Positions 9,978 through 21,827 of a stretch of DNA of 37,504 bases are shown here, piece after piece. The stretch's first letter is position 1. Each line of letters starts with the position of its first letter. Made by a program: the position numbers and the translations under genes. This DNA comes from Octopus sinensis. Lineage: Eukaryota. The DNA lies in the NCBI RefSeq assembly GCF_006345805.1, contig NW_021835894.1, positions 1 to 37,504 of the forward strand. The letters run 5' to 3'. Under the pieces are notes generated by a model. It had not been told where the DNA came from and did no database searches. It saw nothing but the letters and a program-made list of their open reading frames with translations.

Positions 9978-10731
9978 TATACAAGCACAAGCAAAACGGA
10001 ATACGGACGCAGAAGGTCACCAAATATTCACATCAAAGCGATCAATGTTATCGTTGAAGGCCTGAAAATGCGTAGATCCTTCGGATGATAACTGATGGAG
10101 TTTATATATGTATATAGTTAAAAGAAGAAAAGAAAATGGAGATAAAGGAGTTAATTATTTATTCTTAACAAATTAGTCATCTTCGTTTCTTACAGCCGTT
10201 TCAATTAATACTCATAATTTAATTTAATCCCAATTTTGTACATTAAATTTGCATTTATGTGACATGGGAATAATTTCATCAGAGAAAAAAGATGCACATG
10301 TGGATGTTATAAGTGGACCTCTATGTTCATTTGAGCAGACTAAATGATATGGTTTATGAAGAAACTTCACAGTTCAACTTTCCGATATTGTAGAAATAAG
10401 TCCATAACTCCTTATGTGCAATCCTGCGTATTATCACATTCTTCAGATTATATCATTTATTTTGCTAATAGTAGGACTAATAGTAGGATAAAGATCCTTT
10501 CCTTGTTATACAGACTTATAGGGACTGTTTCTCGGAATCCCTGGCATATATACCACACACAGGACAGGACGCCAATCCATCGCAAATATACTCTATTTGC
10601 CAGCCGAGTGGACTGGTGCAGCGTGAAATGAAGTTTCTCTCTTTCTCTTTTCTGAAGAACATTATTATTATCAATAGACCACTACCCTGACCAGCAAGCC
10701 ACACGCTCCTCTCTACGTAGTACGAATGCGC

Positions 10732-10876
<145 letters not shown>

Positions 10877-11059
10877 ATCGTGAAGTATATTTGCCACCTA
10901 AACGTGGCTAACCTTAAGGGTCAATGATACTGTAGCCTGTACCCCCAGGAAGACATCTTCTCAAGCTGGCTGGAAGAAATGTCTTCCTGGGGCTACAAGC
11001 TGCAGTATCATTGACCCTTAAGTGTTAGCCACGTTTAGGTGGCAAATATACTTCACGAT
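10877..11059. repeat. 183-bp imperfect foldback (inverted repeat), related to the 24412-24836 foldback
   Basis: ATCGTGAAGTATATTTGCCACCTAAACGTGGCTAAC... versus ...GTTAGCCACGTTTAGGTGGCAAATATACTTCACGAT. The inner CCCCAGGAAGACATCTTCTCAAGCTGGCT resembles CCCCAGGAGACATCGTCTCCAGCTGGCT at ~24475. Confidence 0.9.
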
Positions 11060-11098
11060 GTCGTGCTGCTACTGTTTATATCTCGCTCAGAGATTTAT

Positions 11099-11163
<65 letters not shown>

Positions 11164-11337
11164 GTATATATATGTATGTGTATGTGTGTGCGTGTGTGTG
11201 TATATATATGTGTCTGTGTGTTTGTGTGTATGTGTGTACATATATTTATATATATATACGTATATATATGTATATATATATGTATGTGTATTTATATATT
11301 TTGTATGTGTATATTTATATATGTATATATATGTATA

Positions 11338-11394
<57 letters not shown>

Positions 11395-11460
11395 GACATA
11401 TGTATATATAGAGAGAGAGGGGAGAAGAGAAGGGGAGAAAAGGAGAGAGGAGAGAGATAG
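11099..11460. repeat. (TA)n/(TG)n/(AG)n compound microsatellite
   Basis: Read directly from the sequence. Confidence 0.95.
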
Positions 11461-11615
11461 AAGATTAATATCGTTCAACCGAATATTAAAGATATCTTTA
11501 TTTGAATAATAAAATTTAGAGGTTGTTACGGTTTTTCTTTGATTTCATGCGAACAAATGATTCTTCACTTATCATAAATTCTTGCAATTTACTCAATTAA
11601 CACTTTATAACATTA

Positions 11616-12947
11616 CTAGCAGAGATACCCGGCGTTGCCCGGTTTCATTCAATTGAAGAATTAGACTTTTCTGTTATATCTTCTGTAATGAACTGGAATA
11701 TCTATGTTTTGAATTTTATCAAAATTGCAGATGAGGGTTATTTCCCTCTTTACACACCCCACAAAAATTGTAATTGTGCCACATGTATCCCATACTACTG
11801 ATTTTTATGCGCATATTCCAAAATTCCAGTCTTATTGAACCTGTTAAAAAGATTTTGCTCCTGAAAAATGAAGGTCATGGAGCTCTAAAATGTGAGAATT
11901 AAGGCCCCTGTTGGGGGTGGATGTCTTAATGTCAACCAGAGAAGTTGAATTGTTGAAAATCTTTTTTAACTTGGGTCATATCTATTGTTTGAATTTCTTT
12001 GAAAGAGGAAATATATGTTCACTGGGTTTGTAAAAGAGAGCAAAGCTACAGGAAATCAAAAGACGAATGATCACAATAAGCATTCAGATACCCTACCCTA
12101 GTCGTTACCACTCCCAATGTAGGATTCGTCACCATCCAGGTGACAGGCACAGCCGTAAGATGCATTACGAATCTATAGCAATTGGAAGGGCGTGACCCAA
12201 CTGAAATCAACATTAACAACTGTGTGACGTGAGAGCTAAGGATAAATTGAAGTGTCACGTCTGGAGTTTGCAAATGACCACTATACTGATATGTAACTGG
12301 ACAGAATAAATTTAAAATCTATAACTGTCTTTGAATAACCAGTCACTCATCTGGGAAGGCCTTGAAATCAATGTTACCATCTGGGGACTATGTGTGACCG
12401 AGTGATAATAAAAAGACTGAAAGAGGTCTGCCATCAAATAACTTTACTCAACACTTTGCAACTGAATCAGTGGAGGCAAAGATGCCTCTCATTTACTTGA
12501 CAATTTATGCACCACATTGCAGAAATCACAATGTAAGTGTATGCCAAAGCAAACTGTTATACTGTTGTACCATTGAATTAGAAATAATGCCCAACTTTTA
12601 TGCTCGGGTAACCCTACAGCTTCCAAGAGCACAACTGTATTCGTTTTTGCTTAGATAAAATGACAAAATTATGGGTGTTAAGTCCCTATGGAGGGGTCTT
12701 TCTAACTTTGTAAGAAGATGAAATTTTATAAATATTACTTCATTTGTGTCTAATATCTATGGTTAAAATTTCATCAACAGCAAAAATATATGAATTGTCA
12801 TGGAGGTTGTGGCCCTTATGCATAGAATATAATTTCCAAATTTCATAAAGATCCATTCAGTACTTTTGACCTAGTTTTGGATCATAAAAGAAATTACTAA
12901 AATTTGGGAGTTAAGGCTCCCATTAGGGTGTTTTATATATAAATAGA
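11616..12947 (-). mobile_element. Non-autonomous Helitron-like element
   Basis: On the minus strand the 5' end is A|TCTATTTATATATAAAA (12947). The 3' end has a GC hairpin (CCGGGCAACGCCGG) followed by CTAG|T (11616-11619), giving an A|T target with no TSD. The 3' end is like that of 34780-35175. Confidence 0.65.
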
Positions 12948-13077
<130 letters not shown>

Positions 13078-13164
13078 CACACACACGTACAAAGATAAAT
13101 TGATAGGTACAAAAAAGTGGGCAAGCAAAAATATGAGCCACAGCCTAGTGCTATTTTATGTTGA

Positions 13165-13300
13165 TAAGCCTAGTACTTATTCTATTAGTTTGTTCTTGTG
13201 AAACCAGTAAATTATGTGGATGTAAATAAATGAACAGCAATTGTTAAGCAATGATGAGGGCGAAACACAGAGACAAAGACACACACATACACTTGCATAT
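13165..13300 (-). mobile_element. Degenerate OK-type SINE fragment
   Basis: AAGCCTAGTACTTATTCTAT...GATGTAAATA...TTGTTAAGCAATGATG resembles the SINE 3' half at 6727-6815. Confidence 0.55.
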
Positions 13301-13329
13301 ATACATACATATATACATACATATTCCAT

Positions 13330-14356
13330 ACGTTAACATGTCCAAGCCACCTCATACGTCTTTGTGTGAGGAGTGCAAACATGCTTGGTATTCCTGCTTG
13401 CTTGAGGACATCTTTGTTGGGGACATGATTCTGCCCTTTGATGCGAAGGATTTTCCGGAGGCAGCGCAGGTGAGAGATACTTAGGCGTCGTATGGCGTCC
13501 AAGTCTCACTTCCATACAGTAGAGTGCTAAGTACACATGCCTGGTAAATCTTCATTTTTGTGGTCTTGGTTAGCTTATTGTTGTCTTATGCCCGGTAGGA
13601 GAGTTTGGGCCATCGCAGCAGCTGCCTTGCCAATGCGGATATTGAGCTCAGCATCAAGGGATAGGTTGTAGGTGACGGTAGAGCCAGACTGGCTATTCTG
13701 ACAGATTTCCTGCCAATACCTATTTGCACAGCGTCTGGCAGTCAGTTAGTCAGTTGGGTTTTATTTCTTGCATTTCTGAGTTCTTCGAGTGATTTTGTAG
13801 AAGAATCACTCTTATATTGCATCAGAGCTGCACGCTTTGCTTCGATAACTGTTTCCAACTCTGAGAGCGCAGCACTAAACAAAATCTGGGTTTTGCCTTT
13901 CTCTCATGCCGAAAGTATCTATTGATGTGGTATACAAAGCTTCCGGGATATAATTCCACTTACTTTCAGCAGAGGAGGTTGGTCAGCTACTGAGGGCAAC
14001 CTTGATAGAAACAGCAAAACATTGTCGCAATGTAGGGTCCGAGGTTCTGGCAGTGGTCGGCCCATTTTCTTGGATTGATGGACGTTTTTAGGCAGAATCC
14101 TCACCCTGCTTTTATTAGTCAATGATCTGTGTCACAATCCGCGCTGTAGTAACTACGGATCAGTTGAACAGAATTCAAAAAGGATCTTCGTGTAATGATG
14201 AGATCCAACTGATGCCAGTGGTGAGATCTTGGATGTCTCCAAGATGCCTTGTGGGATGTCCTGTTGGCAAAGAACGCGTTAATGATGCACAGGTTATGGT
14301 ATGTGCAAAATTCAAGTAGTCTCTGACCATTGTCATTCATGTTAACAATACCAAAA
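13330..14356 (-). mobile_element. RTE-clade LINE relic: AP-endonuclease end + linker fused to the RT C-terminus (RT core deleted)
   Basis: FGIVNMNDNGQRLLEFC...SWRHPRSHHWHQLDLII...SADCDTDH (APE); VIEAKRAAL...ARRCANRYWQEICQ (linker). It then continues directly into GSTVTYNLSLDAELNIRIGKAAAAM...LLYGSETWT...HLRCLRKILRI...RRMRWLGHV (RT C-terminus). Confidence 0.9.
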
Positions 14357-14423
14357 CACATACACTTACATATATACATACATATATATACGATTGATTT
14401 GTTTCAGTTCCTGTCTACGAAAT

Positions 14424-14499
<76 letters not shown>

Positions 14500-14503
<4 letters not shown>

Positions 14504-16069
14504 AAGAAATCTTTCCCAACCGACCTCTTCGATCTTCTGTGATGTGATCTTTGCAGTGTGGGGTTGCGCATTGTCCTGATGAAACATCACTCGTTTTCGA
14601 CTCACTAAAGCGGCTCTTTTTTCCTTCAAAGCTTGGTTCAAACGCTCTAATTGCAGACAGTAGACTTCAGCATTGATTATGCATTAGGTGGTAACAATAT
14701 AAAGTGAATTACGCCTTTGCAATCGCACCAGATAGAGTAGAACCTTTTTCCCATGAAGTTCCCTTCTCGGTTGTGGTTGAGCCTTTTCCCTTTTACCAAG
14801 CCACTGTTTACGACGTTTACCATTTCGATAGAAAATCCATTTTTTGTCACCAGTCACAAGTCTATAGAAAAAGGGTGAAATGAGTTTGCGAGAATGGAGA
14901 GAAGAGCAAATGTCAACTCGGGATTTGCGGTTGCTTTCGGACAATACATGAGGCACCTATTTTCCAAGTTTAGGAATCTTTCCACGTTGTTGAAGATGAC
15001 GATGAACTGTTGTATGGTTTGAAGTAAGCTTTATTGCCAATTCTTCAACTGATAATGACGGATTTTCTTCAAGTAATGCCTCAAGGAGCTTATCATCAGA
15101 CTCAACTGGACCCTATTCGATCTTCATCTTCAATTTTGCAAACGATCACCTGCAAGTTCTTTCATTCAAGCACTTTCCCATAAACTGAGTGTATGTTTCG
15201 AGTCACTTCGGCTGCAGAGTTACCTTTATTATATTCATAAAGAATTATATGTGCCTTAAATGCTCCTTGGATACTTCCATGTTGAAGGGGTTTTAATCAA
15301 AGCAATTTTAGGGTGTCCACGAAGTTTGGGTGCATGGAATAAAATCATAACATAAACAAATATAAGAAATAATAATTTTCCTTTTTTACTTTTGTTTAAA
15401 TTAAAAAAAAAAAATATTTGCTTTTCAAAATTTATTTGTTATTTTTTCTACAGATGATCGAATGATGGATCTGTCTAAAGAAGAAAGAATCGAGTTAGTA
15501 GTATTAAGCCTTCCGAATTGGATTCAGCAGGATGGGGCTCCTACCCATTTTGCCACAACTGTTAGAGATTGGCTTAATGACGCTTTTCCTCTCTGGATTG
15601 GAAGAAGGGCTCATATGGAAAGGTCCCCTCGTTCACCAGACCTTTCTCCCCTTGATTTCTTTTTCTGGGGTATGTTGAAAGAGAAAGATTGCAATAAAGA
15701 TTACAGATTTAAAACACATGAGAGAACGCAGTGTGCTGAAATTGATGGCAATGTAGACTTATTTAATCAAGTTCACCTGCATTTTGCAAGGCGCATCAAG
15801 TTATGCATTGAAAAATGATGGAAATCACTTTGAAAATATTATTTATTAACATTATAATTAAATAAAATTGGTTTGTTTTAAAAGTATGTGTTAATCCCCA
15901 TGACTTTATGGACACTCTCTATTATATTGAAAACAAAATTGAATTAGTTTAAACGTACACAAATGCATAAAAATAACTTTTAATTGAATTAGACATTTGA
16001 AGATACTATTAAATTTCATTCAAATCTAAAAAAAAAGGTAAAATTGGACAGAACTGATTGGATGACTGC
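14500..16069 (-). mobile_element. mariner (DD34D-type) element relic; transposase pseudogene 14500-15280; 5' UTR interrupted by another transposon; 3' part lost at a (TG)n tract
   Basis: ATG at 15280 (MEVSKEHLRHI...), HTH remnants, *VPHVLSE (WVPHEL motif), VTGDKKWIFY, and MFHQDNAQPHTAKIT...GWE. The UTR continues past 15921 to a TIR-like end at ~16035-16069. Confidence 0.85.
15311..15919 (+). mobile_element. Internally deleted rosa/DD41D-like Tc1/mariner element nested in the mariner 5' UTR
   Basis: Degenerate TIRs (GGGTGTCCACGAAGT vs rc GAGAGTGTCCATAAAGT), with TA on both sides. The ORF MMDLSKEERIELVVLS is fused to WIQQDGAPTHF...WIGRR...SPRSPDLSPLDFFFWGMLKEK, with 40 residues between the last two catalytic Asp. 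Confidence 0.8.
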
Positions 16070-16824
16070 ATATATATAATCTATGATATTCTAGTAGGTT
16101 TCAAGTTTATGACACCTTGATATCTCATGTTATCTCATTTTATATGCCTAAGGCGTTTATTTTCTATTCTGGTTTTTATATATTTCTATACATTATATTT
16201 GTATCTATAATTTATTTTAAGCCGAAACATAATACGATCCTTGTACAAACGAAAGAACAAGTATGCCCTCTGGAACTTTTATCTTCCACTGGTGTTTGTA
16301 ATTGATGGTGATATGTGCGATGATTTTTGCGACTATCTTATATTTTACAGAGAAATTGGAAGCCCCGAATGTAAGCCACCACTTTATGCATAATGCAATA
16401 TTTATATAGTTCTATATTTCTAACTCAAATTCTGTCCTCAATAATTATAGATCTCTATTTCTAAATGTGATTCTTTTTCTTCTCGTTCAGTTTATAACTA
16501 TAACACGCATTCTTGTCTGTCTCTTGACAAAGCTTTTTTCTCCAGCGTTCACCACTTCACCTCGTTAGGGTTAAACAGCCCTTACCGAATATTTCACTGT
16601 CCTGTTTTTGTTAGCAGCTTTGACGTTCCACGTATCTCAAATTTTATTTAATTTGCTTTGGGGGAGCAATTGCTTTGACGAAGACTCATCTTGTTGCACT
16701 GCTCGCACTGCGAAGTAGGTAAATCTGCCAACAATGAGGAAGGGTTGTTTTTTTATGCTGCCATCACGCTATAGTTTTCAATATATAATGGAACCCAACC
16801 CAACTGTAATAGTGACACAAATGC

Positions 16825-17025
16825 CATAGCGTCGGCTGTGGGCCTGTGGCTGTGGACAGTCGCCTCAATGTCGCCCAGAGCGAGCTCTGGTCGACATAGC
16901 GTCGACTGTGAGCCTGTGGCTGTGGACAGTCGCCTCAATGTCGCCCAGAGCGAGCTCTGGTCGCCGTAGCGTCGACTGTGGGCCTGTGGCTGTGGACAGT
17001 CGCCTCAATACCGCCCAGAGCGAGC
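16825..17025. repeat. GC-rich 70-bp minisatellite, ~2.9 copies (units start 16825, 16895, 16965)
   Basis: Unit CATAGCGTCGACTGTGAGCCTGTGGCTGTGGACAGTCGCCTCAATGTCGCCCAGAGCGAGCTCTGGTCGA, with few differences between copies. Confidence 0.95.
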
Positions 17026-17149
17026 CCATCACACTACATGGACCCTAAGTAAGGCATGTGTAAAATTTGAATGAAATTGGTTGAGTAGTTCTCAAGTTTT
17101 AGGGAAACAGACAGACACACACACACATTCTCAGTTTTATGTATATAGA
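17026..17149 (-). mobile_element. 5' end of a Helitron/Helentron (DINE/Lep1-like) non-autonomous element; 3' end not located
   Basis: The minus strand begins A|TCTATATACATAAAACTGAGAATGTGTGTGTGTGTCTGTCTG. On the plus strand this is the typical ...AAATTTGAATGAAATTGGTTGAGTAGTT...ACAGACAGACACAC... block. Confidence 0.55.
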
Positions 17150-17821
17150 TAATTTACATTAATATGAAAGTATATTAATTATGGTTTACTTTAATTAAAG
17201 GTTAATTAATAAAGTGTAATAAGATGCCTTCTTTTAAGCAAAGTTGATATTTTATCCTTAATAAGAAGTTGCGTTTTAAGAAGTGTTTAAAGTGATTTCG
17301 AAAATTGAATAGATATGTGAGAACTTTAGGAACTTGTATAAAGAAAAGAGAAAATTCTGAAAGCCAGCCTCAATGAGTGTTAGCAATTTAATAGCATTGA
17401 AAATATTGCAATCTCAGGAATGGAAATAAACAGATGGATGTAAATTTCAGAGCCCAAATAATTTACCTGACTCATTTTAGGGTAAATACTTGCATGGTGA
17501 GGGGGCTGCTGTGCTCTCTCTTATTGCTAGAGTTGAAGTCTCATTAGTTTCAAGAGTTATCACAACCAGAGCTACTCGGGGCCAACCACCAATGTACATA
17601 ATGAAATTCCCGTATAACTGCACTAGCTTTGTTGAGTTAAAAATTGGGTAAAAGAATCCAATAGAATAAGCTTTATTGAGTTAGATTTTGTGAACTCTGG
17701 GCCAGATGTTTCTACCATGTTAGAAGTTTTTAATTTCAAGTTGGTTCAGATTTGGCTTTATCTAGATGGAGTAATTAAAAGTAATATCTAATATTCAAGA
17801 GTAATATTTCAATTTACTCAT

Positions 17822-17960
17822 GCGTGGCTATGTGGTAAGAAGGTTGCTTCCCAGCAGCATGGTGCACGGCTCAACCTTGAGAGTGGATTTGGTGGACGAA
17901 AGCTGATAGAAGTTGTCGAGTGTGTGTGTGTGTGTGTCTGTATCTGTAAGATTCCCGTCG

Positions 17961-18011
<51 letters not shown>

Positions 18012-18228
18012 TTATGTGTGTGTATGTCTGTGGGTGTGTTGCCCGCAACCGGAGTTGGTGTGTTTAGATCTCCGTAACTTTGCGGCAAAACAGACCGGTA
18101 GGATGAGCACCATGGTTTTGAAAAATGAACAAGTACTGGGGTGGACTCACTCAAGTAAAAGTTCTTTAATGCAGTGCCCCAGCATGGCCGCAGTCTTATG
18201 AATAAAGCAAGTAAAAAATAAAAGATAA
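17822..18228 (+). mobile_element. Diverged OK-type SINE with expanded internal (TG)/(TA) microsatellites
   Basis: Head GTGGCTATGTGGTAAGAAGGTTGCTTCCC, middle GAGTGGATTTGGTGGACG, tail CCCAGCATGGCCGCAGTC...AAGTAAAA. Confidence 0.75.
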
Positions 18229-19126
18229 TAGATTTTAATTATTGCTTTCAAAACCGTCTGAAGATATTTTCCTTAATCGTTGGTGTTATCTTTACAGTTT
18301 CCCTCGGCGATTCCATAACAATTCATTTTGCTTCTGTAAACTAAGATTCTTCATGGATTCGCTTTTTGAAATAGAGTCGAAAGGGCAGCTTAACGAAATC
18401 TATGGCAAATAAGATCTAAAAAGATCTAAAAGTGATCAACATGAATATAGGAAACGTTATTCTTGCTATTTTTGCGTCCGTTCGCTAAAGAAGAGGAACT
18501 TGCGTTTCAAATTGCAGGTAAACTTTATATCGTGTACAAAATATCTAACAAACATTCATAGAGCAGATATTGTGACTACAACGGTAACACTTTGGCGACA
18601 TAGCTTATAACTGATGTGTTCTAAATAAGCAGTACCCAACCTAATTTTGTTCCATGGGTCAGTTTCGTGCATGAAAATTTTACCACGGACTGGGAGAGTC
18701 ACACAATGAAGTACAACACAGTATAAATATATATAAAAAAAACAAAATGAGCGGTCATCTTCTGAATGTTTTCAGTTCTTGTTTCTCCCCTTCTTCTTAG
18801 CTCTCCTGTGTGACCCCTCTGTCCGCATATGCATAAATATATGCATATGTATTCTATATACCAAGCCCCAGTGTATTCATGTGTCTATTTGCATCGCTAT
18901 CTCCATATCCCGCAGATAGAGTGTAAGCTCAAAGCATTTGAGTACGACTACGTGTTTTCTATATCGCGCTTCTCTGGATCTCACAAGTTCACTTTGTATA
19001 TATACAGTAATCCCTCGCCATATCGCGGTTTATTGTTTAAGCTTATGTTGATCCTTCCGTGGTGTTGTTTTGCATTATAATAAAATAAATATATACAAAT
19101 TGTAAAAATAATTTTTTAAAATATAC

Positions 19127-19535
19127 AGGCGCAGGAGTGGCTGTGTGGTAAGTAGCTTGCTAACCAACCACATGGTTCCAGGTTCAGTCCCACTGCGTGG
19201 CATCTTGGGCAAGTGTCTTCTGCTATAGCCCCGGGCCGACCAATGCCTTGTGAGTGGATTTGGTAGACGGAAACTGAAAGAAGCCTGTCGTATATATGTA
19301 TATATATGTATGTGTGTGTGTGTTTGTGTGTCTGTGTTTGTCCCCCTAGCATTGCTTGACAACCGATGCTGGTGTGTTTACGTCCCCGTCACTTAGCGGT
19401 TCGGCAAAAGAGACCGATAGAGTAAGTACTGGGCTTACAAAGAATAAGTCCCGGGGTCGATTTGCTCGACTAAAGGCCGTGCTCCAGCATGGCCACAGTC
19501 AAATGACTGAAACAAGTAAAAGAGTAAAGAGAGTA
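19127..19535 (+). mobile_element. OK-type tRNA-derived SINE, full length
   Basis: Runs from AGGCGCAGGAGTGGCTGTGTGGTAAG...GGTTCAGTCCC (A/B boxes) to the tail GACTGAAACAAGTAAAAGAGTAAAGAGAGTA. Confidence 0.92.
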
Positions 19536-19785
19536 TTTTTTCAACTTCGGGGATTTTCACCTATCACGGTGGGTTTTGGAACGTAACAGCAGCGATTGTC
19601 GAGGGATTGTGACCGCGTGTGTATCGTTGGCGATTTTCTTTCTCCGTCTTCCCTTCCTTGGACCTTCCTTTTTTCTGTTTCTGACGAAGAGATCCGTCTT
19701 TCTTTCCTTTCCTGGGCGTCCAATAATACTATACTTGTTCCACGTCCTCGCGTTGTGTTTTCTCTTTGTGTTTTCATGTTTGGAT

Positions 19786-19790
<5 letters not shown>
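19536..19790 (+). mobile_element. PLE-type 3' tail with a truncated hammerhead core, ending in (TA)n
   Basis: CTGACGAAGAGATCCG at 19681 (GAAA half missing), TTCCTGGGCG at 19709, then TTTGGATTAAC and (TA)n. Homologous to 6290-6570. Confidence 0.6.
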
Positions 19791-19839
<49 letters not shown>

Positions 19840-20007
19840 ATAATATAATATAATATATATATATACGCCTACATACACATATATGTACATACATATATCT
19901 GTATATACATGCATATATGGGCACAGGACACCACGGAACATAAACATGAAATACGAAAAACGAAAACATAGAATACGAACTTTTTGCGAACAATATATAT
20001 ATGTATG

Positions 20008-20044
<37 letters not shown>

Positions 20045-20086
20045 CATAATTATTACATAAACAATACATATATAATAAATGCATAT

Positions 20087-20129
<43 letters not shown>

Positions 20130-20130
20130 A
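19790..20130. repeat. (TA)n-rich tracts with a short non-repeat insert (~19915-19992)
   Basis: Read directly from the sequence. Confidence 0.9.
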
Positions 20131-20199
20131 TGCAAAAATAATCTGGCAGAATGCGATGGTCATTAAAGCTGAAATAAAAGTTTAGAACTTATTCTTTCT

Positions 20200-20268
20200 G
20201 CGCAGCCCGGTACAAAATGATCTATGGCCTAGTACTGATCCGCGGCCCGGTGGCAGAGGAGCCCTATT
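20200..20268 (+). mobile_element. Possible terminal fragment of a hAT MITE
   Basis: GCCCGGTACAAAATGATC...CTGATCCGCGGCCCGGTGGCAGAGGAGCCCTA resembles common ...GGTCCGCGGCCCGGTGGTTGGGGACC... hAT ends. No partner end was found. Confidence 0.35.
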
Positions 20269-20324
20269 CTAAATAATATGTTTAAATTGCGAGCGTTGCT
20301 AAATTTTTCAACTACTGCTGCTAA

Positions 20325-20355
<31 letters not shown>

Positions 20356-20924
20356 GCAACCGCCGCTGCTGCTGCGGCTGCTTGAAACTGACCCATGACA
20401 TTTAAAAGTTAATTTCATATCGTGAGATCAAAATAATGTGATTGTCTTTGAACCTTTTTTTTTTCTTTTTTTTCAAATTTAAACACAAATAAAGGCTGGT
20501 AAAATGTCCCGCTAGATTTATACTTTCATCGAAGAAGGTTAGCATCTACTTTAAATGGGTTGTTTACGGAGAAGGAATCAGAAGAACCTCTGATATTTTA
20601 CGTTTTTCCTCGTCCGCTGAACTGTGTCTAATTGTCTCTTATAACATTTGTGATTGTGCGGAGACAAATGGCGACAGAGTTTTAGATTTATGGACGTGAA
20701 AACTTGTCCTTTATTGAACTCGTGTTATAAACGTCCAAAACTTTGATGTTTGTAATAAACAGACAGGTTTAATGGCTTCTGAAGCGAACAAAATTACCGT
20801 GAACATATCGGAGCTTCAACTAAAATGTTCTGTGTTTTATGAGACGCCGTGGGTTGATAAGACGAAGATCAAATAGAGGTAAGTCAAACAGTATTAAGAA
20901 TGATTGAAACATAAATACTTGAAT

Positions 20925-21091
20925 ATATATATGCATATAAATATATATATATGCATATAAATATATATATATATATATAATATATATATATATATGGAGA
21001 GAGAGAGAGAGAGAGATCCACCTACACACGTGTATGTATGTATTTATATATAATATATATATATATACACACCCACCCACACGTACGTGGG

Positions 21092-21158
<67 letters not shown>

Positions 21159-21192
21159 ACACACACACCCACATCACCCACACGTATGTGGG

Positions 21193-21228
<36 letters not shown>

Positions 21229-21280
21229 ATTGTGTGTGTGTGTGTGTGTACAGAAAGATGTGTATGTATCTATGTATGTG
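20925..21280. repeat. (TA)n/(AG)n/(TG)n compound microsatellite with a short internal duplication (CACACGTA(C/T)GTGGGTATATATA at ~21077 and ~21179)
   Basis: Read directly from the sequence. Confidence 0.9.
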
Positions 21281-21369
21281 TTCAGTTGGCGACTGAGAGT
21301 TTTCATTTAGAGAATTATCGATTTTGTACTTCAGCACAAGACTACAGTTTATGATTGATATTTATTTTA

Positions 21370-21490
21370 TAGGCCGAGGTGTGATTAAATGAAAGGACAA
21401 CTCTGGCAGAATTTGAACACAGGGATAATAAATAATTAAATAATATTCAGCCTTCGGTCTGGCGTCCTAACCTGTCTGCCGTTCCGACAC
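21370..21490 (-). mobile_element. Very degenerate OR-type SINE fragment
   Basis: ATGAAAGGACAACTCTGGCAGAATTTGAACACAG resembles the reverse complement of the OR-type B-box region. Confidence 0.4.
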
Positions 21491-21614
21491 CATCCAGAGA
21501 CAGACGATTCATAAAGCTTTGTATATATATTTGCATACAAAAATTTCAGTGTGGGGGAGGGGGAAAGTAAAATATGAAATATTGGAGAATAAATTAATGT
21601 GTGTTGAGATGGCT

Positions 21615-21785
21615 TGTCGTAGCAGTAGCAGCAGCAGTAGTAGTAGTAGTAGTAATGAAAAGCAGAAAATCACAATCGGGGACGAAGGGAAACAAATGAA
21701 ATTTTTTGAAGAGCTAAATATAAATACACATGAGAAAGAAGGAAGGAATGAAAGAAGAAATGAAAGAAAGAAAGAAGGAAGGAAG

Positions 21786-21827
<42 letters not shown>

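Noticed and set aside
10540-10700. Possible ancient SINE core fragment (GAGTGGACTGGTGCAGCGTGAAATGAAG)
   Set aside because: It resembles a widespread SINE central segment, but is too short and degenerate to give boundaries or a family.
16825-17025. CRISPR-like array
   Set aside because: The units are contiguous 70-bp tandem repeats with no unique spacers, in a eukaryotic context with no cas genes.
19127-19200. tRNA genes at SINE heads (also 22733, 28314, 36730 onward)
   Set aside because: They have A/B-box-like motifs but no complete cloverleaf, and each continues into SINE body sequence.
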